The translations under genes and the position numbers were made by a program. A stretch of DNA of 64,000 nucleotides from Candidatus Zhuqueibacterota bacterium (GTDB taxonomy: Bacteria; Zhuqueibacterota; Zhuqueibacteria; Residuimicrobiales; Residuimicrobiaceae): contig CAUJEL010000040.1 of assembly GCA_963169875.1 (NCBI GenBank), positions 93,570-157,569 of the forward strand, given 5' to 3'. Each line of letters opens with the position of its first letter. The stretch's first letter is position 1. This document shows, one piece after another, positions 1 to 10,442 of the stretch. The notes under the pieces were generated by a model that searched no databases, was not told the origin of the DNA, and was given only the letters and a program-made list of their open reading frames with translations.

Positions 1-776
1 GAGCCTCCGCGCAGAGAACGGGAATATTCCATGGGCAGACTGTTGAATTGCTTGCCCGGCGGTGGCATGGAGCCAAGATATTCCTCATAATGATCGGAAC
101 ACCACTCCATGACATTGCCGGTCATGTCATACAAGCCGAGTCCGTTGGCGGCAAATTTGCCGACGGGCGCCGTGAAGATGTAACCGTCGTCATACGCCGC
201 GAAAAAAACCTTGAGTTTTAAAAGCGCTGCCGAGCCTCGGTCGCCGACATTGCCGCCGCGCGAAGCGGGGGGAGCGTCGTTGCCCCAGGCGTAGCGAATT
301 TTCTCGCCCTTGTTGCGGGCGGCATACTCCCATTCCGCTTCCGTTGGCAGACGCACGCCAACCCAATCGCAAAAGGCCTGCGCATCCGCCCAGCTGACAT
401 CAATGACAGGATGGGCGTCATCCTGCGGGAAACCGGGATTGCGCCAGTTGGCGCCGCGAATGCGGTCCCACTTGTCGCCGGTCCAGGCCCACCCCAGGCC
501 CTCCTTTTCCGCCTGCGTTTTGTAATCTGTGGCCTCAACAAACTTTTTGAACTGCCCGACCGTGATTTCGGTCGCGCTCAGATAAAATGTATTCATTTTG
601 ACTGTGGTCACCGGCAGTTCATCGCCGTCACCATCGCCGAACGTATCGCCCATCTCAAAGGCTCCTCCCGGAATTTTTATCAAATCCAGGCCTATTTCGC
701 GCACGTGGCGCTTGTGGCAGGAAGCAACGGTCAGAGTCATCACCAGACAAAACAAAATCAGATTTTTTTTCGCCAT
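1..776 (-). CDS. Formylglycine-generating-enzyme (FGE/SUMF1-like) domain lipoprotein, 3' end outside window
   Basis: Not in ORF track; manual translation from ATG at 776: MAKKNLILFCLVMTLTVASC (lipobox-like), IPGGAFEMGD, HPVIDVSWADAQAFC, RLPTEAEWEYAAR, NGLGLYDMTGNVMEWC. Confidence 0.9.
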   Translation of the reverse strand, partial: MAKKNLILFCLVMTLTVASCHKRHVREIGLDLIKIPGGAFEMGDTFGDGDGDELPVTTVKMNTFYLSATEITVGQFKKFVEATDYKTQAEKEGLGWAWTGDKWDRIRGANWRNPGFPQDDAHPVIDVSWADAQAFCDWVGVRLPTEAEWEYAARNKGEKIRYAWGNDAPPASRGGNVGDRGSAALLKLKVFFAAYDDGYIFTAPVGKFAANGLGLYDMTGNVMEWCSDHYEEYLGSMPPPGKQFNSLPMEYSRSLRGG

Positions 777-918
777 GAGAATTCCTTGTTTCGTGAAACA
801 TGCAAATAATTTAGGATATTTATAGAATATTATCAACTCTTTTAGGAAAAATGCAGGAATATCTTTGTACCAGATTGTGTTTTTTATTCGTAAACCTGAA
901 CTACATAGAGAGGCTCCC

Positions 919-1710
919 ATGTCCCGAAATACACTCCTGTGGATTCTGGCAGTGATCATCACCCTGGCATCGGCTGTGTATCAACGCCTGACGGGGCCGA
1001 CCCATCCTGCACGCGGAAAAATAACCCTTTCAGAAACAGTAGTTTCCTACAAACTCCCGCGTGCGCACATCATCGGCGAACCAGCAGTTATAAGAGTTAC
1101 AGCTGCTTCCGCACAAACGACCGGCAAACTTGTTTACCGGCGTCATAATTCCAATGATAACTGGACTTATGCCGATTTGGAGAAGGGGGACGGTCATCTA
1201 TCAGGCGTTATTCCTGAACAGCCGAGCGGCGGCAAGATGCAATACTATATCGAACTCAGCGATCAAACCGCGACGCAGCGCATTCCTCCCACGCACTTTA
1301 TCATTTCCAGATTTCGTGATGCCGTGCCGCCCTGGGCCCTGATTCCGCATATTATTTTCATGTTCATGGCCATGCTGCTCTCCACGCGCACCGGACTGGA
1401 AGCCCTGCAAAAAAAATCATCCCTCAAGATCTGGACCGATTGGACTCTGCTCGCGGTTTTCGTCGGCGGCATGATCTTCGGCCCGCTGGTGCAAAAATAT
1501 GCCTTCGATGCCTATTGGACCGGGTTTCCGCTTGGCCATGATCTAACGGATACCAAAACCCTGGTGGCGCTGGCCGCGTGGATCATTGCTGCCGTCCACA
1601 TTCGCAAAAAACCACAAGCCCGTGGCTGGGTTGTGGCAGCCGCCATCGTCACACTGCTGGCCTTTGCCATCCCTCACAGTGCCCTGGGCACTGAACTCAA
1701 TTATTCTTGA
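919..1710 (+). CDS. Hypothetical multi-pass membrane protein
   Basis: ORF 865..1710; ATG at 919 after GAGAGG; N-terminal TM, soluble domain, about 4 C-terminal TMs. Confidence 0.8.
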   Translation: MSRNTLLWILAVIITLASAVYQRLTGPTHPARGKITLSETVVSYKLPRAHIIGEPAVIRVTAASAQTTGKLVYRRHNSNDNWTYADLEKGDGHLSGVIPEQPSGGKMQYYIELSDQTATQRIPPTHFIISRFRDAVPPWALIPHIIFMFMAMLLSTRTGLEALQKKSSLKIWTDWTLLAVFVGGMIFGPLVQKYAFDAYWTGFPLGHDLTDTKTLVALAAWIIAAVHIRKKPQARGWVVAAAIVTLLAFAIPHSALGTELNYS

Positions 1711-1752
1711 TGGATGCAAATAAGCATCGCGTATTCATCGTCCCTTCGTACA

Positions 1753-1785
1753 ACACAGCCCGTTCCCAAGCGGGCTGTGTTTTTG
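1753..1785 (+). terminator. Rho-independent terminator
   Basis: ACACAGCCCG-N8-CGGGCTGTGT followed by TTTTG. Confidence 0.75.
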
Positions 1786-1927
1786 TGAGCCGCCCGCGTC
1801 TGTCCTGTTTTTTTGACGTGCGTCGCTTTTCCCATACAGTTTTCTCCGCCTGTATTTCTCTCTCCATGGTTTAACGTTCCAATTTATTGTTTTTATTATT
1901 CATTTTTTATGGTGAAAAAGCAAATCC

Positions 1928-1943
1928 TGGCGCGCAGGTTGCA
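1928..1943 (+). promoter_or_regulatory. Sigma54-type -24/-12 promoter
   Basis: TGGCGC-GCAGG-TTGCA, canonical spacing, about 35 nt upstream of the MinD-like gene. Confidence 0.65.
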
Positions 1944-1978
1944 ATGCATTCCTTGAAGATATTTATTGAGGAGATGTA

Positions 1979-2935
1979 TTGTCAAACGCTGAATTTGCTG
2001 CCATCGACTTTGCGCGCTTGCTCGCACCTGAGCAGCGCCCCGTGCAGCGCGGGCCCCGGGTAATAGCGGTGAGTTCGGGAGGCCGCGGTACGGGTAAGAC
2101 TGCCATAGCCTGGCTCCTGGCGCAGACGCTGTCGCATTTGGGCCGCAGGACCATTCTGATCGACACGGACCTGACCGCTGCGGGCATTTACCATCGCGCT
2201 AAAAACATGGCGGCGGATAAAATGATACAGCAATTCCTGCAGCAGCGAGAGGATGTCAATATTCTCACGCAATCGACTCCCTGGAAAAACCTCTATTTGA
2301 TCACCGGTTCGGCCAATGTCAGCTCCCATGCCAGAATGACCTTTGCGGCGAAGCAAAAGCTGCTGCTGCAGTTGCGCCAGCTAAAATCCGACTATGTCAT
2401 TCTCGATACGGGTGAAGGCAGCAGCTATCTGCATCTCGATTTCTTCCTGGCGGCGGATCTGGCGATCGTGGTCACAGGATTCTCCAGCGCACAACTGCTT
2501 GAAGCCTACCAATTTATTCGCACGGGATTCTACCGCCGTATGCAGCCACACGGCCGTCGTTGGCAGGATTTATTCAGCTATGTGACCTCTCTGGGCGAAT
2601 TGAACCGGCAGGGAAGCGTCCGGTCTCTTCCCGATTTTTTGCGAACCCATGATATTCCCCATGCGCATGTGTGTAAAATAATCAGGGACCAACTGCGCGG
2701 TTACCACCCGATCCTGCTCTTCAACCAGGTCGAGGCGGACCAGGACCACTCCAAAGTAGCGCTGCTCTTCAATGTTCTGCAGGAGGTCATGGGCATTACA
2801 GCCGCGCATTGGGGAGAAATACGGCGCGACGAACGCATCGGCAAATCCCTATTGCAAGCCAAACCGCAGTTGATGCTGGGCGGCCCTGCAGGCATGGATA
2901 TCGGCGAGCTGGTGCGCAAGCATCTGATGTCATGA
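1979..2935 (+). CDS. MinD/ParA/FlhG-family P-loop protein with degenerate deviant Walker A
   Basis: VIAVSSGGRGTGKT, ILIDTDL, YVILDTGEG; TTG start after GAGGAG. Confidence 0.8.
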   Translation: MSNAEFAAIDFARLLAPEQRPVQRGPRVIAVSSGGRGTGKTAIAWLLAQTLSHLGRRTILIDTDLTAAGIYHRAKNMAADKMIQQFLQQREDVNILTQSTPWKNLYLITGSANVSSHARMTFAAKQKLLLQLRQLKSDYVILDTGEGSSYLHLDFFLAADLAIVVTGFSSAQLLEAYQFIRTGFYRRMQPHGRRWQDLFSYVTSLGELNRQGSVRSLPDFLRTHDIPHAHVCKIIRDQLRGYHPILLFNQVEADQDHSKVALLFNVLQEVMGITAAHWGEIRRDERIGKSLLQAKPQLMLGGPAGMDIGELVRKHLMS

Positions 2936-3076
2936 AGGAGGCCTAACCCTCCATTCCTTGCCGGCGGGTTTTCGCCACCCTGCGATTCACCCTGAATAAC
3001 CGAATTGCACGGCGGGTGTAACCCGCCCAGGTGCATGAGCGCAGCGCAGCCCTGCCCCCCTCCTGCACGATTTCGC

Positions 3077-3105
3077 TTGCACTTCCCTTCAGATTCCATT
3101 ATCTT
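3077..3105 (+). promoter_or_regulatory. Sigma70-type promoter for a probably leaderless mRNA
   Basis: TTGCAC-17nt-TATCTT, then 5 nt to ATG 3111; no Shine-Dalgarno. Confidence 0.5.
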
Positions 3106-3110
3106 ACATC

Positions 3111-3461
3111 ATGAAAAACCTGCGCCAAAATAGTGAACCCGTTTTTCTGCTGGCTCTTTATTGCTTCATTGTTGTGGCCGGATCCCTTCTATCCGTTAGT
3201 ACTTTTTTATATTTCCACAGTTATAAAGTTACCATAGAACCTTCGCAGGGTAACGCGCCGGGCAGCGGGCAGCCGTCCTGGGTGCAGAATAGACATATTC
3301 CAGCGTTTCCCAAGCTGGAAACCAATCCATCCGCACTGGCCCTCCAAGTGCCATTCCCGCAAACCGCCCGGTGTGAATACCTTCACTATGTGCAGCCTTT
3401 TCTTCTTTCCTGTACATTCAAATTTTTCCGCTTCCTGCCCCGCGATCCTCCATCAGCGTGA
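3111..3461 (+). CDS. Small TM protein with C-terminal RDPP (RAPP-like arrest-peptide candidate)
   Basis: 116 aa; hydrophobic N-terminal segment; ends FFRFLPRDPPSA. Confidence 0.55.
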   Translation: MKNLRQNSEPVFLLALYCFIVVAGSLLSVSTFLYFHSYKVTIEPSQGNAPGSGQPSWVQNRHIPAFPKLETNPSALALQVPFPQTARCEYLHYVQPFLLSCTFKFFRFLPRDPPSA

Positions 3462-3570
3462 GTCATAATTACCACCCATTTTTATATCCTGATATTCCAG
3501 TCCGGAATCTGCTGCACTCTGCGGATTGACTGGAATCACGCTGACTTTTTATTATTTGGGAGGCTTACTC

Positions 3571-3699
3571 ATGAAACCAGAAGAGAAAAAGACCCCTCAG
3601 AACAGCAGTGATTTTTCATTCATATACCCCGTACTGCTGCTGGGTGCCATCGTCATCGGCATCCTCGTCCTCGGATTGCGCATGGTTGGTGTTTTTTAA
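3571..3699 (+). CDS. 42-aa single-TM small protein
   Basis: Below ORF-track cutoff; GGAGG SD; MKPEEKKTPQNSSDFSFIYPVLLLGAIVIGILVLGLRMVGVF. Confidence 0.7.
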   Translation: MKPEEKKTPQNSSDFSFIYPVLLLGAIVIGILVLGLRMVGVF

Positions 3700-3714
3700 C
3701 AAGGAGGATTACTC

Positions 3715-3840
3715 ATGTCGACCAGTGCCTGGATCATGATGCTCTGCACCTGGGCGGTTGCCATTTTTTTCGTCGTCAAATTATTTATCAAAGTCCTGCG
3801 ACTGCCGCTGGACCAGAAGCGTTCTGTAAAAGACAACTGA
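3715..3840 (+). CDS. 41-aa single-TM small protein, resembles small accessory subunits of Na+-dependent transporters
   Basis: AAGGAGG SD; MSTSAWIMMLCTWAVAIFFVVKLFIKVLRLPLDQKRSVKDN. Confidence 0.7.
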   Translation: MSTSAWIMMLCTWAVAIFFVVKLFIKVLRLPLDQKRSVKDN

Positions 3841-4166
3841 AATGGTGTGGCATGCCGCGCCATTGAACGTACAGCTGTTTGCTTTGGGAGTGGCAATACG
3901 GTGCCCCGGCACCGCTCGAACCGCGCGGACGTGTCGGCGTGGTTCGAGCGCCGTCGTGGCGGCGCACTTCACTGCTGAATGCACAAGAGCTGGATTTTGC
4001 GATGAACTTGAGCGAAGGGACCGTTACAGGGATTGCCACATTAGGTAATCGTAAAAGAGGTCAGCACACCTCATGCACCTGTCCGGTATTTCGTGCGGAA
4101 TTCTGAAGCGATGTGTTGCGTTTAAGGATGGGATTTCGCGGGTGATCGCCCAGCGGCAGGCATGCA

Positions 4167-4358
4167 TCACGCTTCCTTGCAGCAGGACTCCTCGTCCGCA
4201 TGGCGCAGGTCATGTTCGGCGCAGCGGGTGCCGGTGCTGCAGTGACCGCCGCCGCAGCAATCGCTCTCCGGCCGCTGTTTATATTTACTGAAATGCAAAG
4301 CCAGCGCAAGAAATAAAAAGACAATAAAAAACAGACCAACGACTGCCAGAAACTGCAT
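4167..4358 (-). CDS. nqrM: NqrM-like Na+-NQR maturation protein
   Basis: 63 aa; one TM followed by Cys-rich tail (SDCCGGGHC...C...CC); directly after apbE; GAGGTG SD. Confidence 0.55.
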   Translation of the reverse strand: MQFLAVVGLFFIVFLFLALALHFSKYKQRPESDCCGGGHCSTGTRCAEHDLRHADEESCCKEA

Positions 4359-4365
4359 ATGCACC

Positions 4366-5421
4366 TCATTTTTGAACGTACGCAGCAAAAGCTGCTGTAC
4401 TGATTTCGCTGAAACCGCTGTCCGACTTGACCAGCATAAAGACCGCCAGGGATTCCTGTTCAGCCAGTTCAAGTCCCTTTTCCGGACCAAGCACATCGAG
4501 GGCCGTGGCATAGGCATCGGCCATCATGCAGGAGGCATGCACCACACTCACCGAAGCCAGATTGTGGGTGATGGGCCGGCCCGTGTGCGGATCGATGGTA
4601 TGCGAATAGCGCACACCTTCTTTCTCGTAATAATTGCGATAATCCCCCGAGGTCGCCACGCCGGCGCTTCCCGGAGAGATCACCTTTTGCACGACCTGGT
4701 CAGCACGGGGTGAAGAGATGCCGATCCGCCATGGAATCGCCGCGGCATTGTTCCCGCGCACCCGCACTTCGCCGCCGATCTCCACCATGTAATCCCATAT
4801 ATCTTTGGACTCGAGGTACTCCGCGACGCAGTCAACCCCGTACCCTTTGGCGATGGCCGACAGATCGCAGTACATGCCCGCCGTCCGTTTCATCACCTGC
4901 AAAGAGTCTCGCTTCAGGAGGAGGTTGCTGAAACCGACCATGGATTTGCGCGTCAGAATGGCCTGAGAATCCGGCAGAGCATCCGGGCGTTTTTCCGGAC
5001 CAAAACCCCACAAATTGACCAGCGGTCCAACGGTGACATCAAAAGCGCCGTTGCTCTTTTCACTCATCTCCTGTGCAGCGGCCAGGACCAGCATCAGTTC
5101 ACGCGAAACAGGATGCCAGGCGCCGGGGGCTGCACGATTCAATCGCGACAGCTCCGAGTCGGCAATATAGGTGGACATCACCTGATTGATCTCTGTCAGA
5201 AGCGCATCGATTTGGCTTTGCAGTGTATCAGGTTCAATCGTCCGTCCGGCGGGTGCAACAACCTTGACGCTGTAGATGGTGCCCATGGTCGTACCGCGGA
5301 GGCTGTAAAGCGTGCGTTGAGGTTGCGGGGATGTGCAAGAGACAAAAAGTAACGAAACAATGCACAAAACAACACATGCGGGCCAAGTGCGTCCGCTACT
5401 TTTTCCAGCGCCAGTTTTCAT
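4366..5421 (-). CDS. apbE: FAD:protein FMN transferase (lipoprotein)
   Basis: TMGTIY, FDVTVGPLVNLWGF, DLSAIAKGYGVD, VATSGDYRNY, YSHTIDP, ADAYATA. Confidence 0.95.
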   Translation of the reverse strand: MKTGAGKSSGRTWPACVVLCIVSLLFVSCTSPQPQRTLYSLRGTTMGTIYSVKVVAPAGRTIEPDTLQSQIDALLTEINQVMSTYIADSELSRLNRAAPGAWHPVSRELMLVLAAAQEMSEKSNGAFDVTVGPLVNLWGFGPEKRPDALPDSQAILTRKSMVGFSNLLLKRDSLQVMKRTAGMYCDLSAIAKGYGVDCVAEYLESKDIWDYMVEIGGEVRVRGNNAAAIPWRIGISSPRADQVVQKVISPGSAGVATSGDYRNYYEKEGVRYSHTIDPHTGRPITHNLASVSVVHASCMMADAYATALDVLGPEKGLELAEQESLAVFMLVKSDSGFSEISTAAFAAYVQK

Positions 5422-5854
5422 AATATTCCCAGCTGACCATGTGATTCAATTCATCAAATTCCCGTGTTTTTTCCAGCAAGGCCGTCCGGATGACATCACC
5501 GCTGGAAAGGACACCGATGATCTTGCCGTCCTTTTCAACCGGCAGATGGCGAATCCGCAAACCCAGCAATTTGTCCATGAGGCGATAACACGGTTCCGTA
5601 TGCGGGACGGTGATCAGTGGCTTGGACATGTGCTCGGCGATCGGAATGAGGCGTGGATCGAAACCCGGAATCAGATTGGCGCGCAGCAGATCGCGCTCGG
5701 ACCAGATTCCCACCATTTCACCCTTGTCTTCCACCAGTATCGCACCAATTCGCTGCGCAATCATGATCTCTATCGCGTCGTGCAGGGTCGCTGTGATGGG
5801 GACGGCGTGGACATACCCCCCTTTTTGCTGGAGGATATCTTCAGCTGTTTTCAT
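5396..5854 (-). CDS. Stand-alone CBS-pair protein
   Basis: RIGAILVED..MVGIWSERD, IRHLPVEKDGKIIGVLSSGD; ATG 5854 after AAGGAG. Confidence 0.9.
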   Translation of the reverse strand: MKTAEDILQQKGGYVHAVPITATLHDAIEIMIAQRIGAILVEDKGEMVGIWSERDLLRANLIPGFDPRLIPIAEHMSKPLITVPHTEPCYRLMDKLLGLRIRHLPVEKDGKIIGVLSSGDVIRTALLEKTREFDELNHMVSWEYYENWRWKK

Positions 5855-5989
5855 AGACAGGTCTCCTTTTTTCAAGGTTATGGAACCATGGGCCATGCTG
5901 CATTTGGCTCGAACAGGCCCGTCGGGCACGCGCACAGCAGCGGCGCCTGCAGGCGCCGCCAAGACGGTTTGTTTGTTGGCTGATCACTG

Positions 5990-7225
5990 TCAGACGCCAA
6001 AATCGTCGAACAGGATATTTTCACGCTCGACGCCGAGATGATCGAGCATCCTGAACACGGCCTGATTCATCATCGGGGGGCCGCAGAGATAATATTCACA
6101 ATCCTCGGGCGCGGGATGATCCTTGAGATAGTTGTCATGCAGCACCTGATGGATGAAACCGACATAGCCGGTCCAGTTATCCTCGGGCAGCGGTTCGGAG
6201 AGCGCGAGATGGAACGTGAAATTCGGATTTTCTTTGGCAAGCTGTATGAACTCGTCATGGTAAAAGCTCTCGCGCATGCTGCGGGCGCCGTACCAGAATG
6301 ACATTTTGCGTTTCGAATGCAGCCGTTTCAGTTGATCAAAAATATGGGAGCGCATGGGCGCCATGCCTGCGCCGCCGCCGATGAAGACCATTTCGTTATT
6401 CGTGTCGCGCGCAAAAAATTCACCGTAGGGACCGGAGATGGTGACTTTGTCTCCGGCCTTGAGGTTGAAAATATAGGAAGACATCTGTCCGGTCGGCGCC
6501 TGGGGTTTGTTCGCAGGGGGCGTGGCAATGCGCACGTTGAGCATGATCATGCCAAGTTCTTCCGGATAATTGGCCATGGAGTAAGCGCGCACCACCGGCT
6601 CATGTACTTTGGAGTGCAAGGAAAACAGCTTGTATTTTTCCCAGTCCGGCCGATACTGTTCATCGATGATGAAATCCGCATAATTGAGATGATGCGGCGG
6701 AGCCTCGATTTGAATATAACCGCCGGCGCGGAAATCGACATGTTCCCCGGCTGGCAGATCGAGCACCAGCTCCTTGATAAACGTCGCCACATTGCGGTTG
6801 GAGCGGACCGTGCATTCCCATTTCTTGATCTCAAACACTTCCACCGGGACGGTCAAACTCAGATCGCTCTTCACAGCGACCTGGCAGGAGAGGCGGTATC
6901 CTTCGCGAATCTGGCGGCGATTGAGTTTGCTCTTCTCCGTCGGCAGGGCGTCGCCGCCGCCCGAAGTGATGATGCACTTGCATTCGCCGCAGGTACCGCC
7001 GCCGCCGCATGCCGAAGGCAGGTAGACGCCCTGATCAGAGAGCACATTGAGCAGCTTGCCGCCTGTCGGGACATGATACGTATGATTGGGATCGTCGTTG
7101 ATGACAATGACGGCATCGCCAATTTTAACCAGTTTACGTTTTGCCAGTAAAATGATGGAGATGAGCACCAGGACAATGAGGGTGAACATCACCACGCCGA
7201 TGAGTGCCAGTCCAGTATTAGACAT
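5990..7225 (-). CDS. nqrF: Na+-translocating NADH:quinone reductase subunit F
   Basis: [12 protein letters not shown] 2Fe-2S motif, [37 protein letters not shown]. Confidence 0.98.
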   Translation of the reverse strand: MSNTGLALIGVVMFTLIVLVLISIILLAKRKLVKIGDAVIVINDDPNHTYHVPTGGKLLNVLSDQGVYLPSACGGGGTCGECKCIITSGGGDALPTEKSKLNRRQIREGYRLSCQVAVKSDLSLTVPVEVFEIKKWECTVRSNRNVATFIKELVLDLPAGEHVDFRAGGYIQIEAPPHHLNYADFIIDEQYRPDWEKYKLFSLHSKVHEPVVRAYSMANYPEELGMIMLNVRIATPPANKPQAPTGQMSSYIFNLKAGDKVTISGPYGEFFARDTNNEMVFIGGGAGMAPMRSHIFDQLKRLHSKRKMSFWYGARSMRESFYHDEFIQLAKENPNFTFHLALSEPLPEDNWTGYVGFIHQVLHDNYLKDHPAPEDCEYYLCGPPMMNQAVFRMLDHLGVERENILFDDFGV

Positions 7226-7234
7226 CAAAACCCT

Positions 7235-7852
7235 CTATAATTGGATTCCAGAAAACAACATGAAAGCGATCGCCATCAGACCGACCGTGATAAAAGTGAT
7301 GCCCAGACCGCGTAATCCCGCGGGAACATTGCTATAGCGCATCTTCTCCCTGACACCAGCCAGGGCGATCAACGCCAGCGCGAAACCCGTGCCCGAGCCA
7401 ACGCCAAACACCGCGCTTTCAGCAAAGGTATAGTTGCGTTCGACCATGAAGAGCGATCCGGCCAGAACGATGCAATTGACGGTGATCAACGGCAGGAAGA
7501 TGCCCAGCGAATTGTATAACTTGGGGAAAAAACGGTCCAGCAGCATCTCCAGGATCTGCACCATGGCGGCGATGACGCCGATGTAGGAAATCAAGCCGAG
7601 GAAGGTGAGATCAACGTCTGGCAGCCCGGCCCATGTCAGGGCCCCTTTCTTGATGATGGCCGTATAAATGAGATTGTTGACGGGTACGGTGATGGCCTGA
7701 ACCACGATCACAGCGATGCCCAGTCCAAAGGCCGCTTCCACGCGTTTGGAGATGGCCAGAAAAGAGCACATGCCGAGAAAAAATGCCAGGGCCATATTCT
7801 CCACAAAAATCGATTTGATGAACAGACTCAGATAATATTCAAACATACTCAA
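7235..7852 (-). CDS. nqrE: Na+-NQR subunit E
   Basis: [28 protein letters not shown]; operon order. Confidence 0.97.
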   Translation of the reverse strand: MSMFEYYLSLFIKSIFVENMALAFFLGMCSFLAISKRVEAAFGLGIAVIVVQAITVPVNNLIYTAIIKKGALTWAGLPDVDLTFLGLISYIGVIAAMVQILEMLLDRFFPKLYNSLGIFLPLITVNCIVLAGSLFMVERNYTFAESAVFGVGSGTGFALALIALAGVREKMRYSNVPAGLRGLGITFITVGLMAIAFMLFSGIQL

Positions 7853-8466
7853 TCCTCTTCGACTTGCTCGGGTTTGAAGGTGCGCACAATCCAGATAAAA
7901 AAGCCGATCAAAAAGAACGCGCTGGGCGCCAGCACGAACAATCCATTGGGGACGTACCAGCCGCCTTCGGTATAAACCGGCAGTATCTGATAACCCAGAA
8001 GTTTGCCGGCACCCAGCAGCTCGCGGATGAACGCCATGACGATCAACACAAAACTGTAGCCCAAACCATTGCCGATGCCGTCGAGAAAGCTGGGGATGGG
8101 TGGATTTTTCAGGGCGAACGCTTCGGCCCGGCCCATGACGATGCAGTTGGTGATGATGAGTCCCACATAAACGGAGAGCTGTTTGCTGATATCGAAGGCG
8201 AAGGCTTTGATGATCTGGTCGGCGATGATGACCAGCGAGGCGATGATGGTCATCTCCACGAGGATGCGAATGCTGCTGGCGACGTGGTTGCGCACCATAC
8301 TGACCGCCATATTGGAAAACGCGGTCACAAGGGTCACCGACAACGCCATCACAATCGCGGTCTCCAGTTTGGAGGTCACCGCCAGCGCGGAACAGATGCC
8401 CAGAATCTGCAATCCGATCGGGTTGTTATTGAAAACAGGATCCAGCAGGAGTTTTTTAACCTTCAT
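7849..8466 (-). CDS. nqrD: Na+-NQR subunit D
   Basis: [35 protein letters not shown]. Confidence 0.97.
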   Translation of the reverse strand: MKVKKLLLDPVFNNNPIGLQILGICSALAVTSKLETAIVMALSVTLVTAFSNMAVSMVRNHVASSIRILVEMTIIASLVIIADQIIKAFAFDISKQLSVYVGLIITNCIVMGRAEAFALKNPPIPSFLDGIGNGLGYSFVLIVMAFIRELLGAGKLLGYQILPVYTEGGWYVPNGLFVLAPSAFFLIGFFIWIVRTFKPEQVEED

Positions 8467-9259
8467 GGTGAACGCCCTCTTTTAACGAATTCAAAAACCG
8501 TCCGTAGCCGTCTTCGCTCAACCAGAACTTGATCATCGCATCGAGGCCGCGGGTCGTCAGCGTCGAACCGGAAAGACCGTCGATCTGGTGAATGGCGCCG
8601 GGCTCGCGGGGATCCACTTTGCCCTTGATCACCTCAAGAACCAGTTTGCCATCGGCCGCAAAGGCCTCCTTGCCTTTCCAACTGGCTTTCCAGCCTGGAT
8701 TATCCACCTCGCCGCCCAGTCCGGGCGTTTCACCGTGTTCGTAGAAGGTGATGCCTCTTACCGTGCTGAGGTTTTCGCCCAGCGCGATGAATCCGTACAG
8801 GGTTGACCACAATCCTTTGCCGTAAATGGGGAGAATCACTTTATCGATGCGTCCTTCATGGATGATCTCATAGAGCGTCATGTAACGCGGCATGCGCTGA
8901 ACGTTAATGATATCCTTATCGGCCGGAATAGCCCGGCCATACTCACGGCTGTCCGCGATCTCTTTGATATTGAATTTTTCCGGATCAAATCCGGCCGGAT
9001 ATTGATCCGGTGTAAGCATCCGGCCGTCCTCGAGATCGACCACCACGGTGCGCACCTGGTCGCGGAAGACCTTGATGACATCCACACCTTTGGTCGGGAG
9101 ATCGCCGGCTTGCAAGATATTTTTCACTTTATCCAGTTCCTTGTTGCGCTCCTGACGGGCGTGCAGACTCACGGCGGCCGCCGAGACCAGCACCGAACAG
9201 ACCAGACAGACGCCCAGCGCAACCAGAAGAATTTTTTTGGTGGAATCATTGGACGGCAT
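8456..9259 (-). CDS. nqrC: Na+-NQR subunit C
   Basis: [26 protein letters not shown] site DGLSGSTLT. Confidence 0.97.
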   Translation of the reverse strand: MPSNDSTKKILLVALGVCLVCSVLVSAAAVSLHARQERNKELDKVKNILQAGDLPTKGVDVIKVFRDQVRTVVVDLEDGRMLTPDQYPAGFDPEKFNIKEIADSREYGRAIPADKDIINVQRMPRYMTLYEIIHEGRIDKVILPIYGKGLWSTLYGFIALGENLSTVRGITFYEHGETPGLGGEVDNPGWKASWKGKEAFAADGKLVLEVIKGKVDPREPGAIHQIDGLSGSTLTTRGLDAMIKFWLSEDGYGRFLNSLKEGVHHEG

Positions 9260-10442
9260 GGCGGGCGAGTCTCCTTTTAATATTCGCATTCATTACCAGG
9301 CGATCGATGATCGGCGCGAATACATTCATGAACAGGATGGCCAGCATCATGCCTTCCGGGAAAGCGGGATTGACCACCCGAACCAAAACAACCAGAATGC
9401 CGATCAGAAATCCATAGATCCATTTTCCCGTTTCAGTGGCCGTGGCGCTGACCGGGTCGGTCGCCATGAAGACGGCGCCAAACGCAAATCCGCCCGCCAC
9501 CAGATGCCACAACGGCGTGACCTGAAACATCGGGTTGGTGCTGCTGCCGATGAAATTAAACAGCGAGGACATGGCGACCATGCCGATGAGCGTGCTCAGC
9601 ATGATGCGCCAGGAGCCCACTTTGGAGATGATTAAAATCAGGGCGCCGATCAGGCAGGCCAGCGTCGAGGTCTCCCCCATGGATCCGGGTATGAACCCGA
9701 GAAAGGCGTCTTTCCATGAGTAGGTCATCTCCAGCAGCGGATCGGCCATTTGCGCCAACACCGTGGGCTGGCTCAATCCATCGACCGCCACCCAGACCTT
9801 GTCACCGGATATCTGTGCCGGATAGGCGAAGAACAGGAACGCGCGCGCTGTGAGTGCCGGATTGAGGATGTTCATACCCACGCCGCCAAAAACTTCCTTG
9901 CCGATGACCACGCCGAAACTGATGCCGATGACCACCTGCCAATAGGGAATGGTGGGCGGCAGAATCAACGGGAAGAGCAGGCTGGTGACCAGAAAGCCTT
10001 CGGCCACTTCATGCTTGCGCACGACTGCGAAGAGCACTTCCCAAAAACCGCCCGCCGCCAGCGTGATGATGTAGACCGGGAAAAAATAGAGTGCGCCGTG
10101 CACCATGCAGGCCCAGATATCGGCCGGGTTGAAACCGATATTGAGGAAACGCAATACATCCGCCTGCCAGGTCGACGACGCCGCCCCGGCGGCAATAGCC
10201 AGGTTCGCCTGATACCCCGTATTGTACAGGGCCATAAAGACCGCCGGTATCAGGGCGTAGACCACCATCATCATCATGCGTTTCAGATCCATGGCATCGC
10301 GAATGTGGGCGCCGGATTTGGTGGTGGCGCCGGTGGAATAGATGAATGAATCGATGGCTTCCCACAGAGGGTACAAGGATTTGAGCTTGCCCTCGGTGAA
10401 ATGCCTTTCCTGTTTGTCCATGAAACGTCGTAGTGCCTTCAC
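9246..10442 (-). CDS. nqrB: Na+-NQR subunit B
   Basis: [47 protein letters not shown]. Confidence 0.97.
   Translation of the reverse strand: MKALRRFMDKQERHFTEGKLKSLYPLWEAIDSFIYSTGATTKSGAHIRDAMDLKRMMMMVVYALIPAVFMALYNTGYQANLAIAAGAASSTWQADVLRFLNIGFNPADIWACMVHGALYFFPVYIITLAAGGFWEVLFAVVRKHEVAEGFLVTSLLFPLILPPTIPYWQVVIGISFGVVIGKEVFGGVGMNILNPALTARAFLFFAYPAQISGDKVWVAVDGLSQPTVLAQMADPLLEMTYSWKDAFLGFIPGSMGETSTLACLIGALILIISKVGSWRIMLSTLIGMVAMSSLFNFIGSSTNPMFQVTPLWHLVAGGFAFGAVFMATDPVSATATETGKWIYGFLIGILVVLVRVVNPAFPEGMMLAILFMNVFAPIIDRLVMNANIKRRLARHAVQ

Noticed and set aside
2940-3065. GC-rich multi-hairpin segment (TGCAC-GGCGGGT-GTA-ACCCGCC-CAG-GTGCA) as ncRNA or riboswitch
   Set aside because: I could not match it to 6S, SRP, tRNA or known riboswitch cores; it may simply be a terminator or stability hairpin. 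An Rfam/Infernal scan would decide.
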